Source: Flaccisagitta enflata
Taxonomy: Eukaryota
Length of the DNA: 64,000 nt
Assembly (NCBI GenBank): GCA_965153355.1
Contig: OZ231126.1
Span: 7,192,001 to 7,256,000, forward strand
Reading direction: 5' to 3'
The position numbers were made by a program, and so were the translations under genes. The notes below the pieces were generated by a model, which worked only from the letters and a program-made list of their open reading frames with translations, had not been told where the DNA came from and searched no databases. Shown piece by piece: positions 1 to 60,282 of this stretch. How positions within the stretch are numbered: the first letter of the stretch is position 1; each line of letters opens with the position of its first letter.

Positions 1-9
1 TAATCGGTC

Positions 10-741
10 TTTTTTGTCCGCGACGGAATATCATTCCGACGCGGACTATTATTCAAGGCGGGTGGGTGTCGTCGTCGTTGTCGTTGTCATTGTTGTTACG
101 GATTTTAAAATATGGATAACTTTTTTATGCTTTGACCGATTTGGTTCATATTTGGTGGGAAGTTGTACCAGGGTAAGGCGCTTTACATCCTATCCGATTT
201 TTATGATCCGACCAAACCAACCGGCCCAACCAGCTTACCGGCCTAAAAGTGAAAAATGTGCATAACTTTGGCATTTTTCAACCAATTTGGTTGAAATTTG
301 GTATGGAGTCTCTAAATGGAAGGACTCAACACATGTATGTGATTTATTTATGTTTGAGCATGCTCACCGGCCAAACCGACCTACCACCCAACCAGCTTAC
401 CGGCCTAAACATAAAAAGCTTATATAGATTGGACATTTTTCAACCAAATTGGCTGAAACTTGGTATGGAGTCTCAAAAAGGAAGAACTCAACATATGCAC
501 ACTATTTATCCAAACCAGCCTACCACCCAACCACCCTACTAGCCTAAAAGTGAAAAACGTGCATAACTTTGTCATTTTTCAATGGATTTGCATGAAACTT
601 TGTATGGCGGCTCTAAACGTAAAGACTTATAGTTTTAGTGAACTTACAGGGTTAGCGATCTTTTGATCATAGTGATCTTATGGAATTGGTGATCTTTAAC
701 CCCCCCTCCGTCGCGGACCCAGATACTGTTCAGATTTTTTT
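10..741 (+). mobile_element. Helentron-derived non-autonomous element (HINE/DINE-TR type), family A, short copy
   Basis: 5' subTIR GTCCGCGACGGAA (16-28) with an adjacent inverted copy (34-46), (GTC/GTT)n microsatellite, internal 162+139 bp repeats, 3' subTIR at 706-718, T-run ends, no TSD. Confidence 0.8.
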
Positions 742-2538
742 GGGGGGGCTGGGGGACTGGGCTTTGGGGGTTTTGATACATTGAATTTTCTGATACTTGT
801 TGCTGCTGAAAGTGAATTTTTCATCATTCTTGTCTTTTTGTTGATAGCCTTGAGGTTGAGCCGAGAGTTTTTGGCACACATCTGATTTGAAATTAAATGT
901 TGGGATGATGGTGGGAAAGGGGGGGAAATAAATTCTAAGAATTCGGAAATGTGGAAGGAAGGTCAAAATGTATGTAGTATGTTGTAGTTTAGAATGGTGA
1001 GATATGCTTTCCACAAGACTATTTTGTACCAATAAAAGCCAAAATTTAGTGTTAATGGAGAGGAATGTTATGGAGAGGGAAAACAAAGATTCTTTGACAA
1101 TTCGGGAAAGTGTACCAAAGGTCCAAGGGGAAAAAAGTCAAAAGCCGTGCAAATTTTTACACCCCTGTGTATTTTTCACCATTTACGTCGAGAGAAAGTA
1201 GGTAGTGACTTTTGATGGTCTATTTGCGATATGATGTTACTTTTAGTTTGGAAGGCCAATGTGCTGCCCACGAGCTTTTCGCTTTAGCTCAAAGCAAGTG
1301 ACTTCTTAGATGTGTCAGAACGCACTTGAATATTGGTTGTGCTCGTTTTTGGATCGATTGGTAGGTTGATTGGTTGGTTGTTAGGCTGATTGGTTGGTTG
1401 ATCGTCCGGTTGGCTGATCAGGTTTGTTGATCGGCAGGATGGTTAGTTGATTGGCTCGATGGTTCATTGGATCGACTGCATGGTTGGTTGATTGGCTGGA
1501 TGGTTGGTTGGTTTGGCTGGTTGGTTGATCGCAGCATGGTTTATTGATTGGTTTGGCTGGTTGATATGTTGGCCGGTTTTGTCAGCACGTTGGTTGATTG
1601 ATCGGCAGGTTTATTGGTTGTTTAATGGGCTGGTTGACTGGCTGGTTGATTGGCCTAATTTACTACGCCGATTCCTCCTAAGTTGTCCTAATCCAACTAT
1701 AAAAAGTACGAGTAAGTTTCGTCGAGTATGATTTTACCAAACCTCACTACGCAATACGTGTCGTTCCGGGCGGTAATAACATGTTACGTTGGTGCGTAGT
1801 TTTAGTGTTTTTGCTGCCCCTGCTCAAAGCTCAACTGATTGCTATTGGTTTGCCGTGCAAGGCTTCTCTAAAGTAAATTTCCTTATTTCTCTTAAATATC
1901 TAAGCTGCGTCGGTGAGTTTTTTCCTGTCCTCTTATTTGTTGTTTGTGAATGTATTATCGTTTTAACAATCCTTTGGGTTGTTTTTCTTCAAGGAACAAT
2001 TTATTATGAGTTTCAATCTCTCTGTAAGAAAAGAAAAAAAAAGATCCACCATCTCACCCATGCTCTTTTTTTTTTCTCCCTCTTTCTTTCCTCTCTCTCC
2101 ACATTCCCTTCCCCCTTCCTCCTTCACTCTTCTTTCCCTTCCTTCTCCCTCTCCCGCTTATGTACATCTTCCTCTATCATATTCCCTCTTTCCCCTCCCT
2201 CTATTCCCTCTGCCCCATCTCTGCACTCTCCGTCTCCCCTATTCCCTCTTTTCCCTCCCTGCACACGCCCCTCTCCCTTTATTCCCATTTTCCCCTCCCT
2301 GCATGTCCTCTTTTTCCCTCCCTCTGCCCCTATTTCATCCTTTTCCCTTCCCCCTGGGTCCTCTCTGCACTCTCCCTCTCCCCTTCTCCCTAGCTTTCCC
2401 CTCCCTCTGCCCCCTTTCTTTTTTTTTCTTTTTCCTCCTTTTCCCTCTCCCTTTCCTTTATATCCTTACACCCTTTTCCCTCTCCTGTGCGCCCTTTCTT
2501 TTGCATTCCCCTTCTCCCTCTCTTTTTCTCATCATCAG

Positions 2539-31716
<29,178 letters not shown>

Positions 31717-32259
31717 AAGAAGCCCAACGGAGAAAGAAAGAAAGTTAAACTCGTCTTTGTTTTAAAAAAAGAAACAAACGCGGTTGATTGAGAGAAGGAG
31801 ACGAACGGGATGATTTTAAAGAAATCGCGTTGTTAGACGTCTTCTCAAGAGTCAATTGAGAATCGCGCTGGACAGTGCGGTAGAGAGAGCGCGTTGAGGT
31901 GCGCGCGGGCGAAAGTTTTTTTTGTTTCTATAATATGTATACACTTTTATTGTGCTCTTTTGTTGTTGACGGTTTACAGATCACGGCTTGTCCTTTTATA
32001 TTTTGCATTATTAACGCCACACTTTTATAGTGCGTATGGACCACGGTTGCATTAATTCGACAAGATGTATACACTGTCTATGTGCGAGATGAAGTGATAT
32101 ACTAATTTGTATCAAAGGGAGAGGGGGTTGTTAAAGAAGTAACTTTTTAAAATTCAACTTTGAAGTATTGACCATTTTCGGCAGTACCATCATGAGAAAT
32201 TTTTGTGAGTGTTATTAGGAGAGGGCGTGTGGAGGATGGGGAGGGAACAAGAGAAACTT

Positions 32260-32290
<31 letters not shown>

Positions 32291-33183
32291 ATTATGTTCT
32301 AAGATCTTTGCTTTTATTCAGTGTTACATAGGCCTAGATTATGTTCGCACAAGTCTCATCGTTTTATCAGGTCGAAACGAGCGAGACTATTGGGTCTCCT
32401 ATTTGAAAGAATTTGTACACTTAGGTTAATTAAACCACATGACGTTGACACATCAAGGTGGACTTAATGTCAAGTTTCGCTTAACGTTATATATACATGT
32501 ATGTAGTTGCAGCACGTGATGGTGACTAAGCTGGACTTAAACTGATGTCTCTGAAAAGATGATTTATTTGACGACAAAAGTATTAAGTAAAGCGCGGGAT
32601 ATGATTTGATTGATTTACGATAACGTTGCCAAGTCTTTCCTTTCTCTCACTTTCTATATAGTTGATTTCCTACGTTGCGTTAATCCACGATGCCTAAACG
32701 AGTTCTTATTTTCAATGGGGGGGGGGAGAGATTGAGTAAAATGAAGTGGTCGTAATGTTCGATTCTGTCCCACCACCCAAACGTAGGTGGGGCATCCGTT
32801 TTTATCCCAATTGAAGTTTGCAGCTATTTCCTTTTAGTCACTATTGCTTGAAAAAAAAGAGGAAATTATCTGTAGCGCGTTTTAAGTACATTTGCGATGT
32901 CATTTGAAGCCCGTGGTGATAAGACAATAACTACGTGCAGACTATGTCATAAAACGTCTTAAGTCTGTAGAGCGAAGACTATGTTCATGTTATTCGAAGC
33001 GCGTTGTTCCACAATATTTGAGTGCTGATGCTGTCCATGTGATTGAGGATGCGTGTAAAGTGACAACTTAGTGAAGACAAAGTGAATACAAGTAGGACGG
33101 TCCATTTACCGCGTGAAAAGGGCCCTTGCAATTTAAGGTTTTCTTTTCTTATGTTTTCTAGATGTTCTTATTCTGCTCTCTTC

Positions 33184-33301
<118 letters not shown>

Positions 33302-34956
33302 CATTTTTTCTGTTTCCCCATACCCCTCTGACACTGTATAGGGATTTTGTTAGTATCATTTTCATTTCGTTATGAAATATATATTTATAAGATTTTTTTT
33401 TTCTTTTGACGTGAGTTTTCTTTCATTTCCGATAGTCGATTTAAGTTGGCTCAAAAGCAACTCTTTTGTGCCAATCGCGCGTTGTGCATTGGCGGCTTCT
33501 TTAGGAGGCATTCTTTTTGCATTATTATGTCATCGTGTGTTTGCTTGTGAACGGTTCGCCCCTCCTAAAACTCTTTTTTTTTCCCTTTCTTCCCCATCTC
33601 ACCCCGTCCCAACACACCCCTCCCTACCTACCCAACCTTTTTATTTATGAATGAAAATATAATGTTTAAAGTCTTCTTTTAAGTTGCCTTGGTTATTCAT
33701 TTTTAATTTTTTAAGTTAAAAAAAGTTGACTTAAGTTGCCCTAGTTATCCTTAGTTATCCTTACTTATCCTTGGTTTTGCGAGGGACCATTATCCTGTAT
33801 CGTTCCATGGAGGTACTGACTCAAAATGCTCCTAGTAGAGGTGTCGATTCTGATTTAGCATGGTAGCAGGGCGGTGCAAAAGTGCGGAAGCTGTAGTCGG
33901 CAAAGTGGGAAAAGAGAAGGGAGAAAGAAAGGTAGAGAAGGGGGAAGGAGAATAGAGAAAAGGGAGGCAGTACACATACAGCATTGGTTCTGAATAGTCA
34001 AGTGCAGGTTTGAATGCCGGGGTGCAGTTTTGATAGCACTTGCGCAGGTACCTAATTTCATCTTCCACAACAGTTTGCAGTTTCATTGAATATAGTCCCG
34101 GTAGGTGAAATTCTCATTTGCATATTGCCGTTAAATTATGGTTTTATACACGTCAAAAAAACGTTTCTTAACCAAGAGAAAATTTATTGCGAGCTGCAAG
34201 TCTATATTTTATGTCTAAAAAGGGCTAATGACTGCGTTCAATTCGAAGGTATAAGTATGAAGAAAAAATATTTGATTATCAGTGTAATGAGATCCTCCTC
34301 GCTGGGGTCTTTTTTAATGGGCAGGCCCGAAATCTCTGGTCGGCTCTCTTTAATTTCAAGGGGAACAAATTTTGTCGCATGAGCGGAGTGTCAGAGGGGA
34401 AGATTGCCTTCGTCGTTGTCGCTTGAATAATGAATATACTCATTTCTTTGACTAAGAACCTTATTTATAAGAACGCTGAGGCTCAGATGAGGGAGAAAAT
34501 AAGAGCAATCATAAGAACATTGCATTGTCAGCCTCAAGACTAGAAGAATTTAAGAATATCTGAATCTCATTCATTGCCATTAAGAACTTTTAGTTTCATA
34601 AAATTAAAAAAGAGACTGTGCAATTGCAATGATTGCCTTGTCATTGTCGCTTGAATAAATCGAATTTGGTTGGTTACCACCTATAAAAACAGATGACGTT
34701 GATAACCGACTATTTGGCGGGATGACGAGCTTAAGCGCAATTACGGTGAGTTCAGACGACATTTAAGAACGCTCGCAGCTGAGAGGAAACTATGGTTTAT
34801 GGAACAATTGAAAATCGTCGATCCTTCGTTACAGGCCGTATGACGATCTGTCAGGTCAATGGATGAGCAAACGACTTGGCGAGGATCTTGTGAAGATTGT
34901 CATCGCAATATTGCGTCTCAATACTCAACATGGTTGGTCCGTAGGTCGCATTCATA

Positions 34957-35064
34957 TTTTTAGGTGCGACAAAGCATCTTTATAACTGGCGTTGTCGGTC
35001 GGTCGGGTTACGCATTCGTTCGACGATCCACACGTCGCACCTTATGGGCCTACTTGGCCTTATT
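34957..35064 (+). mobile_element. mini-HINE family E
   Basis: Near-identical to 7330..7449. Confidence 0.75.
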
Positions 35065-35098
35065 GAAATGACTATGACCTTTAAAAGTGTTCAAGTCA

Positions 35099-35682
35099 TG
35101 GTGTACAGGAACAGGAAATTTCGGTTTCATTTTACTTTTTGCTTATGATACAGCTTTACAATAAAAAAACATTGTTGTGATTTCAGTTAGTATATTTGAT
35201 ATGATGTATTAGGTGTTTTAACAATGTTTTTAAACCAAGAATATTGACTATGGTTCCACAACAAACAGAAAAAAAAATTGAATGTTTGAATTTTTTAGAA
35301 AAATAGTGAATAAAATTTTAAAACTTTGTTAGGTTAAATTATATCACGGCTTCATTAAATAAAATTTTGCATTTCTAAGAACATGGCCCTTTTCTTATAT
35401 GTTTTTAAAGAAGGGCCATGTTTTTGGAAATGCAAATTTTTTCATTTCTATGCAATGATATAATTTCACCTAACAATGTAAAATTTTTTATAAAAAAACT
35501 TCTTTTTTCTACCTTTTTTTATACATTATGTACATCAAATCTGTATTGCGGAGATTATCCATGCAAAAATCTTTTGTTCAACACTTAAAAGATATTTTTT
35601 AGAACAAATGTTATAGAAAAATAACACAGAAAATATCTAAAAAATTGCAATGACGCATGGAATTTCTTCTTCCCGTACACTG
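35099..35682. mobile_element. degenerate fold-back MITE
   Basis: GTGTACAGGAACAGGAAATT / AATTTCTTCTTCCCGTACAC ends and a central palindrome at ~35370-35435. Confidence 0.55.
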
Positions 35683-36145
35683 CGTCTTAAATAGGTTACT
35701 AGAAATATGATGATCTTTAATCTCATTTGCATATTGTGTGCAATGGCTTTAATTCATCGGATTGTCTTTAGCGATCGTTTGGGTCTGGCATTTTAAAAAC
35801 AAAACGTTTATTTTATTGTCTAGAACATAGAATAAGTTAAGTTTTGCTCATAAATGATGGACGAAAAAAAAACACAAAGTTAAGATTCTCACTTCCAATC
35901 CAATTCAATTAGGGAAAAGTATTGGTAAAATTTCCAACATTTGAAAACGAAAGATTCAGGATATGTAATCGGTGTGGTCGTCGCTCCCCTGTGACTGCTG
36001 AGCAACATGGCATTTTTAATGATGCCGGCTCGAAAATTAACAGCATCTGCCGCAGCATCAACAACCGAATGGCACATCAGAGCTAGTGAAAGCCCTGAAA
36101 TGTGTTCCATGGGAGCGGGCGAGGGTCGCCATGTGACCGCCTTTC

Positions 36146-36275
36146 TTTTTAGGTGCAACAAAGCACCACTCATAACTGGCTGTGTCCGTTGGTCTGTTGG
36201 TCGGTTGGTTGATCGGGTAACGCATTCGTTCAACGATCCACATGTCACACCTTATTGGCCTACTTGGCCTTGTTT
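36146..36275 (+). mobile_element. mini-HINE family E
   Basis: Diverged copy of 7330..7449. Confidence 0.7.
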
Positions 36276-36899
36276 AACGTTATTCGGCTTTTAGGGCTGG
36301 GGAATAGAAAGCTTAAGGAACTTGCTGAGTAGCCAAAGTTCGTCTGTGTTGGTGGATAAGGCCGATTGGAAATTTGTAAGCGTGATTTACTTGATGGATG
36401 GCTGAGGCGTAGGTTGACATGGGTCATAGGAGTTGACGTGACCGATGAGTGTCCGATGACCGAGGTAAACCTTATGGGGACCATCGTGATTTAGTAGGGT
36501 GTTTTCGCTAGCTCGCGCCCCTCCGTCTGTAAACTCGCTCCTTCTATGGGTTGGCCACTCACTTCACTCTCTCAGGGCACGGTTGATATTATTTTAATGA
36601 TAAATTTAACGATTCGCCAACAATTCCCGCACACCCTTCTTTAACATTCCGGCTGGTCTTGATTGCCGAAGTATATAACAAGGAGTTGTCACGATTTGTG
36701 ATTCCAGACTTATCCCTCGAGTTAAAACAAGGGAAACAATATCCCATACTACATCCAAACTGAGAAATACGGAAGAAGGCCTTGTGAGCCCTCACTGACT
36801 AGTCATCCATTTCGCAAATTTAATTAAGCCAACATCCACTCTGAGTCTAACCCAAAACCCTAATACTTACCAAATATAGATAAGGACAATAAGGGCATA

Positions 36900-37238
36900 C
36901 AGTCGAACCCCGCTCTAACGGAATTCAAAGGATCAACAATTTTTTTCTGTTATAGGCGGACTTTTATTATTGGCAATAAAGGAAATACAGTTGGACCTTG
37001 CTTTAACTGACCTGCCACCAACAGATATCCACTTATAACAGATGCAAATTTTTGGTCCCTTCAAGTTGATTTTTTTTATTCCCTTTGTTGGCAATAACAA
37101 AAAAAAATTGTTAGTCTTCTGAAATCTGTTAAAGGGGGGTTCAACTATAAAAGCAATTGACATGAAAAGACCATGAATTTGCATCTATTATAGGCAGAAT
37201 TCCGTTGGTGGCGGGTCCGTAAGAGCGGGGTTCAACTG
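36900..37238. mobile_element. pogo/Tigger-like MITE, apparently with a nested relative
   Basis: CAGTCGAACCCCGCTCT / AGAGCGGGGTTCAACTG with TA flanks; inner related ends at ~36988 and ~37148. Confidence 0.7.
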
Positions 37239-37522
37239 TATATTCAACTGTACTTATAACAAGTCGTTTGCTCATCCTCAAACCTTGATCTAAGATCCTT
37301 CATCAAACCTTATTCTTTGCTCTCTCTTCCTCTAACCTTGCTCTACGCTCTAAGTCGCTCTATGCGCCTAAAAGGCCGTATCTCCTCGGATTAAATGACA
37401 TTATGACCATTAAATGATACAAATGTAACAATTCCCGCGCCACAACTTTCTGTAATCAATGACTATCGAGCTGTTTCAAGGAGAAAAAAAAAGAAACAGA
37501 CGAAAGACAAATTAGAAGCGCG

Positions 37523-54792
<17,270 letters not shown>

Positions 54793-54798
54793 GTAGAG

Positions 54799-54801
<3 letters not shown>

Positions 54802-54883
<82 letters not shown>

Positions 54884-55037
54884 CAGAAAGAGAGAGAGAC
54901 ACACACAGACAGAGATAGACAGAGACAGAGACGGAGAGATGGAGAAAGAGAAAGAAAAAAGACAGAATAAGAAAGAGAATGGAAAAAAGGAAAGAAAAAG
55001 AGAGAGTGAAAAAGAAAATCAAAGAACGAAAGAACGA

Positions 55038-55116
<79 letters not shown>

Positions 55117-55153
55117 GAATAAAGAAAGAAAGAAAGATAGAAAGAAAGAAAAA

Positions 55154-55193
<40 letters not shown>

Positions 55194-55200
55194 GAAAAAG
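54802..55200. repeat. (AG)n and (AAAG)n microsatellites
   Basis: Direct reading. Confidence 0.95.
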
Positions 55201-55653
55201 AGAGGGAAATTTGTAAGAGGAAGCAAAGAAGGTTAGAAAACGAAGCTATAAGACCATGATTTGCATAAAGCAGTGTAATGAATTTCGTTCTATTTAAATG
55301 GCTGAAACTCAAATTACCGTCGATTGCATTTGAAGTAGGAAACAAATCTACCGTTGTAACCAAGCAAAGAAATTTAAATGAAACGCCCTCTGCAATGATT
55401 AGAAATCAGTTTGGTAGTAATTGTTGAAAAGTAATCCATTAAAAGATTATCACGTTTCAAATAGAGGGGCAAAAAACAGTTTCTTGTAGAAATACGTCTT
55501 CGTTTTATAACAAATCGATCCGCAATCCGCATTTCAGCGAGAGAACAACCGCCATGATGAGAAGCTAGCGAGTTTGACGCTCTTTCTAGCAGACATTAGG
55601 GCCTCCTAGCGACCATTTTTTGTCGTCTGGCTACTACAGAGGAAGGAGAAATA

Positions 55654-56016
55654 TAAGATGTGAAACATCTAAAACTGTAGCACCCCCCCTTACAGATCAA
55701 ACTACCGTGATGGATAATGAATTGGATGTTGCTAATTAAAGTTTGTTACAGTACAAGTGGCGCCAGAGCGATTTTGTAATTTCCATTCCAGTCTCAAATT
55801 ATAATATAAAATCCTTGATTTTATGAACTTTTAATAATAGTTAATTTTAATGCTTTATTAAGCTATATCTTGACTTAAAAAACAAAATTAAAAAATCGCT
55901 CTGGTGACGCCACTTGCATTGATATAAACATCTTACCTTTACCTTTAAAGTGTCTTTAATTTAATTGGCTAGAGCTGTAGGTGGGGGTGCTACAGTTTTC
56001 TGGGGGTTCACACCTT
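55654..56016. mobile_element. TA-flanked MITE
   Basis: TAAG.TGTGAA...AAAACTGTAGCACCCCC inverted at both ends; internal IR CAAGTGGCG..CCAGAGCGATTTT. Confidence 0.7.
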
Positions 56017-56570
56017 ATATTAACCTTTTCTCTGTAGAAAATGTAAGCGAATATAAACCGTTTAAAAAACCTGGTTTTTATTGCCGAGTTTTATTCTTTT
56101 TAAAGAAATTTAGAAAAAAACCGACGAAAGTTTTTTTTCTCAAAATTTTGCCCCAAAAGAAGTTGCGCATGTGGTCAAAATCTAGGATTTCATTGAAAGC
56201 TATAATTCTAACCTTTTTAAAAATTTTACAGAACATTCAGAGTAGTATTTTATACCTTATAGTCTTCAATTTCTTGTATCTTCATATCAAGATTATATAA
56301 ATCATTGGTAATGCTATCTGACATGGTGAGTGACAACATACAATGACAGAATTGTCAACAATGAAACTGACAGCCTTCAGTAACTAGTTAGAAATCGGTA
56401 TCTCCGTTATTATCCATTTTTGAACCCCAGCCAGGAGTGTTTTTCTTTCTATATATATAGACTGAAGCCCCCAGGGCCAAGAATGGGATCAGCGGTGCAA
56501 TTTTCCACTCGCGCATTCTTCATTTTGATGGTAAAAAACCATGGTATCAATATTGCAAGGGATCAATGGC

Positions 56571-57330
56571 ACCCTCAACTTTGGAAGCTTACTGCTTCTA
56601 AACAAATAAAAATAGAAAATCGCGCTTGGCGCCATTTTAAAGAGCACAAAAAATCCTTTCTTTACCTCATGAATTTGATCTTAATTGGTTGAAAAACAGT
56701 GAAGTGACAAGCTTGCAAACATGGATGAAGTTTGAGTGAATTCTTATAATTACATCAATTTCACCCCTAACATTGGAAGCTTACTGCTTCTAAATGAAAA
56801 GAGATAGAAATTTGCGCTTGACGCCATTTTAAAGAACACAAAAAATCCTTTCTTTACCTCATGAATTTCATCTAAATTGGTTGAAAAACAACGAAGTAAC
56901 AAGCTTGCAAACTTGGATGAAGTTTGAGTGAACTCTTATAATTACATCAATTACACCCCTAACTTTGGAAGTTTACTACTTCTTAACGAATAAGGATAAA
57001 AGATTGTGCTTGGCGCCATTTTGAAAAGCACAAGAAATTCTTTCTTTTCATCATGAATTTCATCTAAATCGGTTGAAAAACAACAAAGTAACAAGTTTGC
57101 AAATATCGGTGAAGTAAGAGTAAGAGTAAATTCTTATAATTACTTCAATTTCACCCCCAACTTCGAAAGAATGTCATTTCTAAAGCAGAAAAGATAAAAG
57201 ATCGTGCTTGGCGGCATTTTAAAGAGCTCATATAATCTTTCTTTATCTTGTGAATTTTATCTCAATTAGTTGAATAACAATCAAATTATAAACTTTCAAA
57301 CCTGGGTCAAGTTTGATAAAATTCAAATGA
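56571..57330 (+). repeat. ~192-bp tandem repeat x4
   Basis: TTGGAAG(C/T)TT anchor at 56581, 56773, 56965 and a degenerate one at ~57162; inverted copies at ~60455-60710 and ~62020-62395. Confidence 0.9.
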
Positions 57331-57559
57331 AGGCTGTATACCCTCCCCCCAGTCGCGGAGGCACTAAAGCAAAAAACAGTCAACATTTCAATTCAGGTAT
57401 GGACCAACAGACCAACGGACCAACAGACCAATGGACCAACGGACTGACACAGTTCTAGAGTCACATGTCTGAGAGATAGAACATTGTGCTGGCACCATTT
57501 CAAAGAGCACAAAGTCTCTATAGAGCTCAATTTTAGTTGAAAGTACCCAAAGATAGTAG

Positions 57560-57707
57560 AACAAGGCCAAGTAGGCCAATAAGGTGCGACGTGTGGATCG
57601 TCGAACGATTGCGTTACCCCACAGACCAACCAACCAACTGACCGACCAACCAACCAACCGACCAACGGACACAGCCAGGTATAGAGGTGCTTTGTCGCAC
57701 CTAAAAA
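57560..57707 (-). mobile_element. mini-HINE family E
   Basis: Near-identical to 7330..7449 with a longer ACCA tract. Confidence 0.75.
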
Positions 57708-58500
57708 CTTAACAAATCTGTTGGTTATTGACTTGAGCTTTCTGCAAGAACCAATCAATGGATCATGGAATAGGTAGAGTCGCTTTCATAGTTGTAGTGT
57801 GCAATGATAGAGACAAGAAGTTGTCAAGCTTTATCGCGCATTTATTTCTTCTTTTTTTTTTCAATTACAAAATAGTTTTCACTTCAAGTTTCATTTTCAA
57901 GTTTTTTTTTCTTCTGAAGGGTGAACAAAAAATATAGGATACTAGAAAATGGAAAATGCTTTCAAGAAAAATGTTTTTTGAAACGTAGAATACTAAAACA
58001 AATACCATACTAAAACAATACAATGCTAGAAATACACCTATCATGCTAAAACAATACAATGCTACAGAGTGTGCTGATACGAATACTTAATTCAAAATTT
58101 GGGTTTGTTCAAGAGCTGTAACCAGCGCCGATTTTGTACGCATACACGGTACTCGTGTAATGGCACGATCAACTGCCTGTAACAAATCCTGAAATTCGCT
58201 CTCTTTGGTAGGGCCAAAGTTTGCATAATCGGATGTTCGCTTGATCATATGCTCCGTGTGGTCGTTAGTCAAAGGAAGGTTCTTAACAAACGTGCAAAAC
58301 TTTTGATATGGTGGTAATTTGGGCCAGTTTGATATCGGTTCGTCTAAGAAAGCGCAATTAATCCCTAAAACTTCAAAGAAATGAACACTTTGGGGGCTAA
58401 CACGTGATGCAAGAGTACAACGTGGCACTAACTTTGGCATCTCCACTCTACCAGGTTTACATTGGCCACCAGGCTGAAGACTTATGGCAGAAGCTAATGC

Positions 58501-59020
58501 TTTTTGCGCAGCGGCCCCGAAGGGGTCGATGACCTATGCTTTCACACATATGGGGAATTTTCTCCTCCGTCCATCCTTCCGTCCGTCCCCCCCCCGGCTC
58601 GAGGCTTGAATCCCAGTCCCAAATCCCAGCCTCGCGGCCCAAATCCTAGCCTGGAGGCCCAAATCCTAGCCTACAGGCCCAAATCCTAGCCTGGAGGCCC
58701 AAATCCTAGCCTGGAGGCCCAAGCTCCAGCCTTGAGGCCCAAATCCCAGCCAGGAGACCCAGATCCCAGTCTCTAGGCTAGGATTTGGGCCTCCAGGCTA
58801 GGATTTGGGCCACTAGGCTGGGATTTTGGTCTTGGGACTGGGATTTGAGCCTGGAGTGGGGGGGGGGCGGATGGAGGAATGGATGAGAAAATTCCCCATG
58901 TAAAAGCATAGGTCATCGACCCCTTCAGGGCCGCTACCCTGCTCCCCCTTCAACTTCAAACACTACCTTCTCAGGCAGGGCACGGGTACCGTTGACCATC
59001 TAACGCTTTTGCGACTATTT
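58501..59020 (+). mobile_element. family C element (fold-back internal array)
   Basis: Same termini; array switches strand at ~58772. Confidence 0.75.
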
Positions 59021-59123
59021 ATCATCATTTGTTACGAGATCTGAGACCAGCGCAAAAACAACAAATTCTTGCGCTGTATACCACAAGCGATTGGACATTT
59101 TGTCGATGATGGCATCAGCTAGC

Positions 59124-59585
59124 TTTTTGAGCAGTGGCCCCAAAGGGCTGATGTCCTGTAGAACACAGGGGGGAATTTCGAGACATCCTTCCGTCCATCC
59201 GTTCCCGGCCCCCGTTGACCATCAAGGCCTCAAATCAGCCCTCCCAGGCCTCAATTTAGCCCTCGCGGCCTCAAATCAGCCCCCAATGCCTCAAATCTGC
59301 CCTCCAGACCTCAAATCTGCCCTCCAGACCTCCAAGCATAAAACCAGCCCTCCAAACCTTGATTATACCCTCCAGCCGTCAAATTTGCTTTCAGTGGCCT
59401 GAATCAGCCATCTAGAGCCCCCTCAGGACAGACGGAAGGACGGACGTCTTTAAATTCATCCCTGTTCTACAGGACATCGGCCCTTTGGGGCTGCTGCCCT
59501 GCTCTCACTCCACTTCTTCACTGGATCACTCCCAGCAGGGCATTGGGTACCGCTGTCCAAATGCGATCCTTGGATGAATAGTTTT
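59124..59585 (+). mobile_element. family C-related element
   Basis: GCAGTGGCCCCAAAGGGCTGATGTCCTGTAGAACA inverted repeat, 21-bp array, GGGTACCGCTG 3' segment. Confidence 0.7.
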
Positions 59586-59831
59586 CTCTTGTTTTGCTTG
59601 CTTTCTTGAACTTTAAAAGGTCTTCATGCAACTTAATCTGATGGAAGGCTGCGTCTTCAATTCTGTAAGAACAGAACCACACACGTGCCAACAGGAGAAA
59701 AAGGACTAGATTCACTCTTTCTATGCCTTATAAAATTGGGAGTACAGCGTCAATTGAGGGCTGATTGATCAAGATCGAAATCCTGAGGAACAATATGTAT
59801 GCCGGAAGGATCATAAGTTGCATGTAAAACC

Positions 59832-60282
59832 AAATAGTCGCAAAAGCGTTAGATGGTCAGCGGTACCCGTGCCCTGCTTAAGTAGGTTGTGGTTGAAGTT
59901 AAGGGGGGAGCAGGGCTGCGGCCCCGAAGGGGTCGATGACCTATGCTCTCACACATATGGGGAGTTTTCTCCTCCTTCATGTCCGCACCCCCCCTCCCCC
60001 AGCCTCCAGGCCCATATCTCAGCCTGGAGGCCCATATCCCAGCCTCCAGGCCCAAATCCCAGTCTTGAGGCCCAAATCCCTAGAGTAGAATCTGGGCCTT
60101 GGGGTTGGGATGTAGGCCCTGAGGGTGGGATTTGGGCCTCAAGACTGGGATTTGGGCCTGGAGGCTTGGATATGGGCCTCCAGGCTGAGATATGGGCCTG
60201 GAGGCTGGGGGATGAAGAAGGAGAAAACTCCCCATTGTGTGAAAGCATAGGTCATCGACCCCTTCGGGGCCGCTGCCCAAAA
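59832..60282 (-). mobile_element. family C element (fold-back internal array)
   Basis: Same termini; array switches strand at ~60085. Confidence 0.75.

Larger units (their letters stand above)
58087..59830 (-). pseudogene. fragmented DDE transposase C-terminus, hATm-like
   Basis: Joining 59586-59715, 59021-59123 and 58087-58500 gives ...WFCSYRIEDAAFHQIKL..KMSNRLWYTAQEFVVFAL..FLDEPISNW..VKNLPLTNDHTEHMIK..QDLLQAV, matching the remembered pattern HLWYLSEELV.LAL / FL..P..W / V.ND.AER / Q.LLQVV. Confidence 0.7.
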
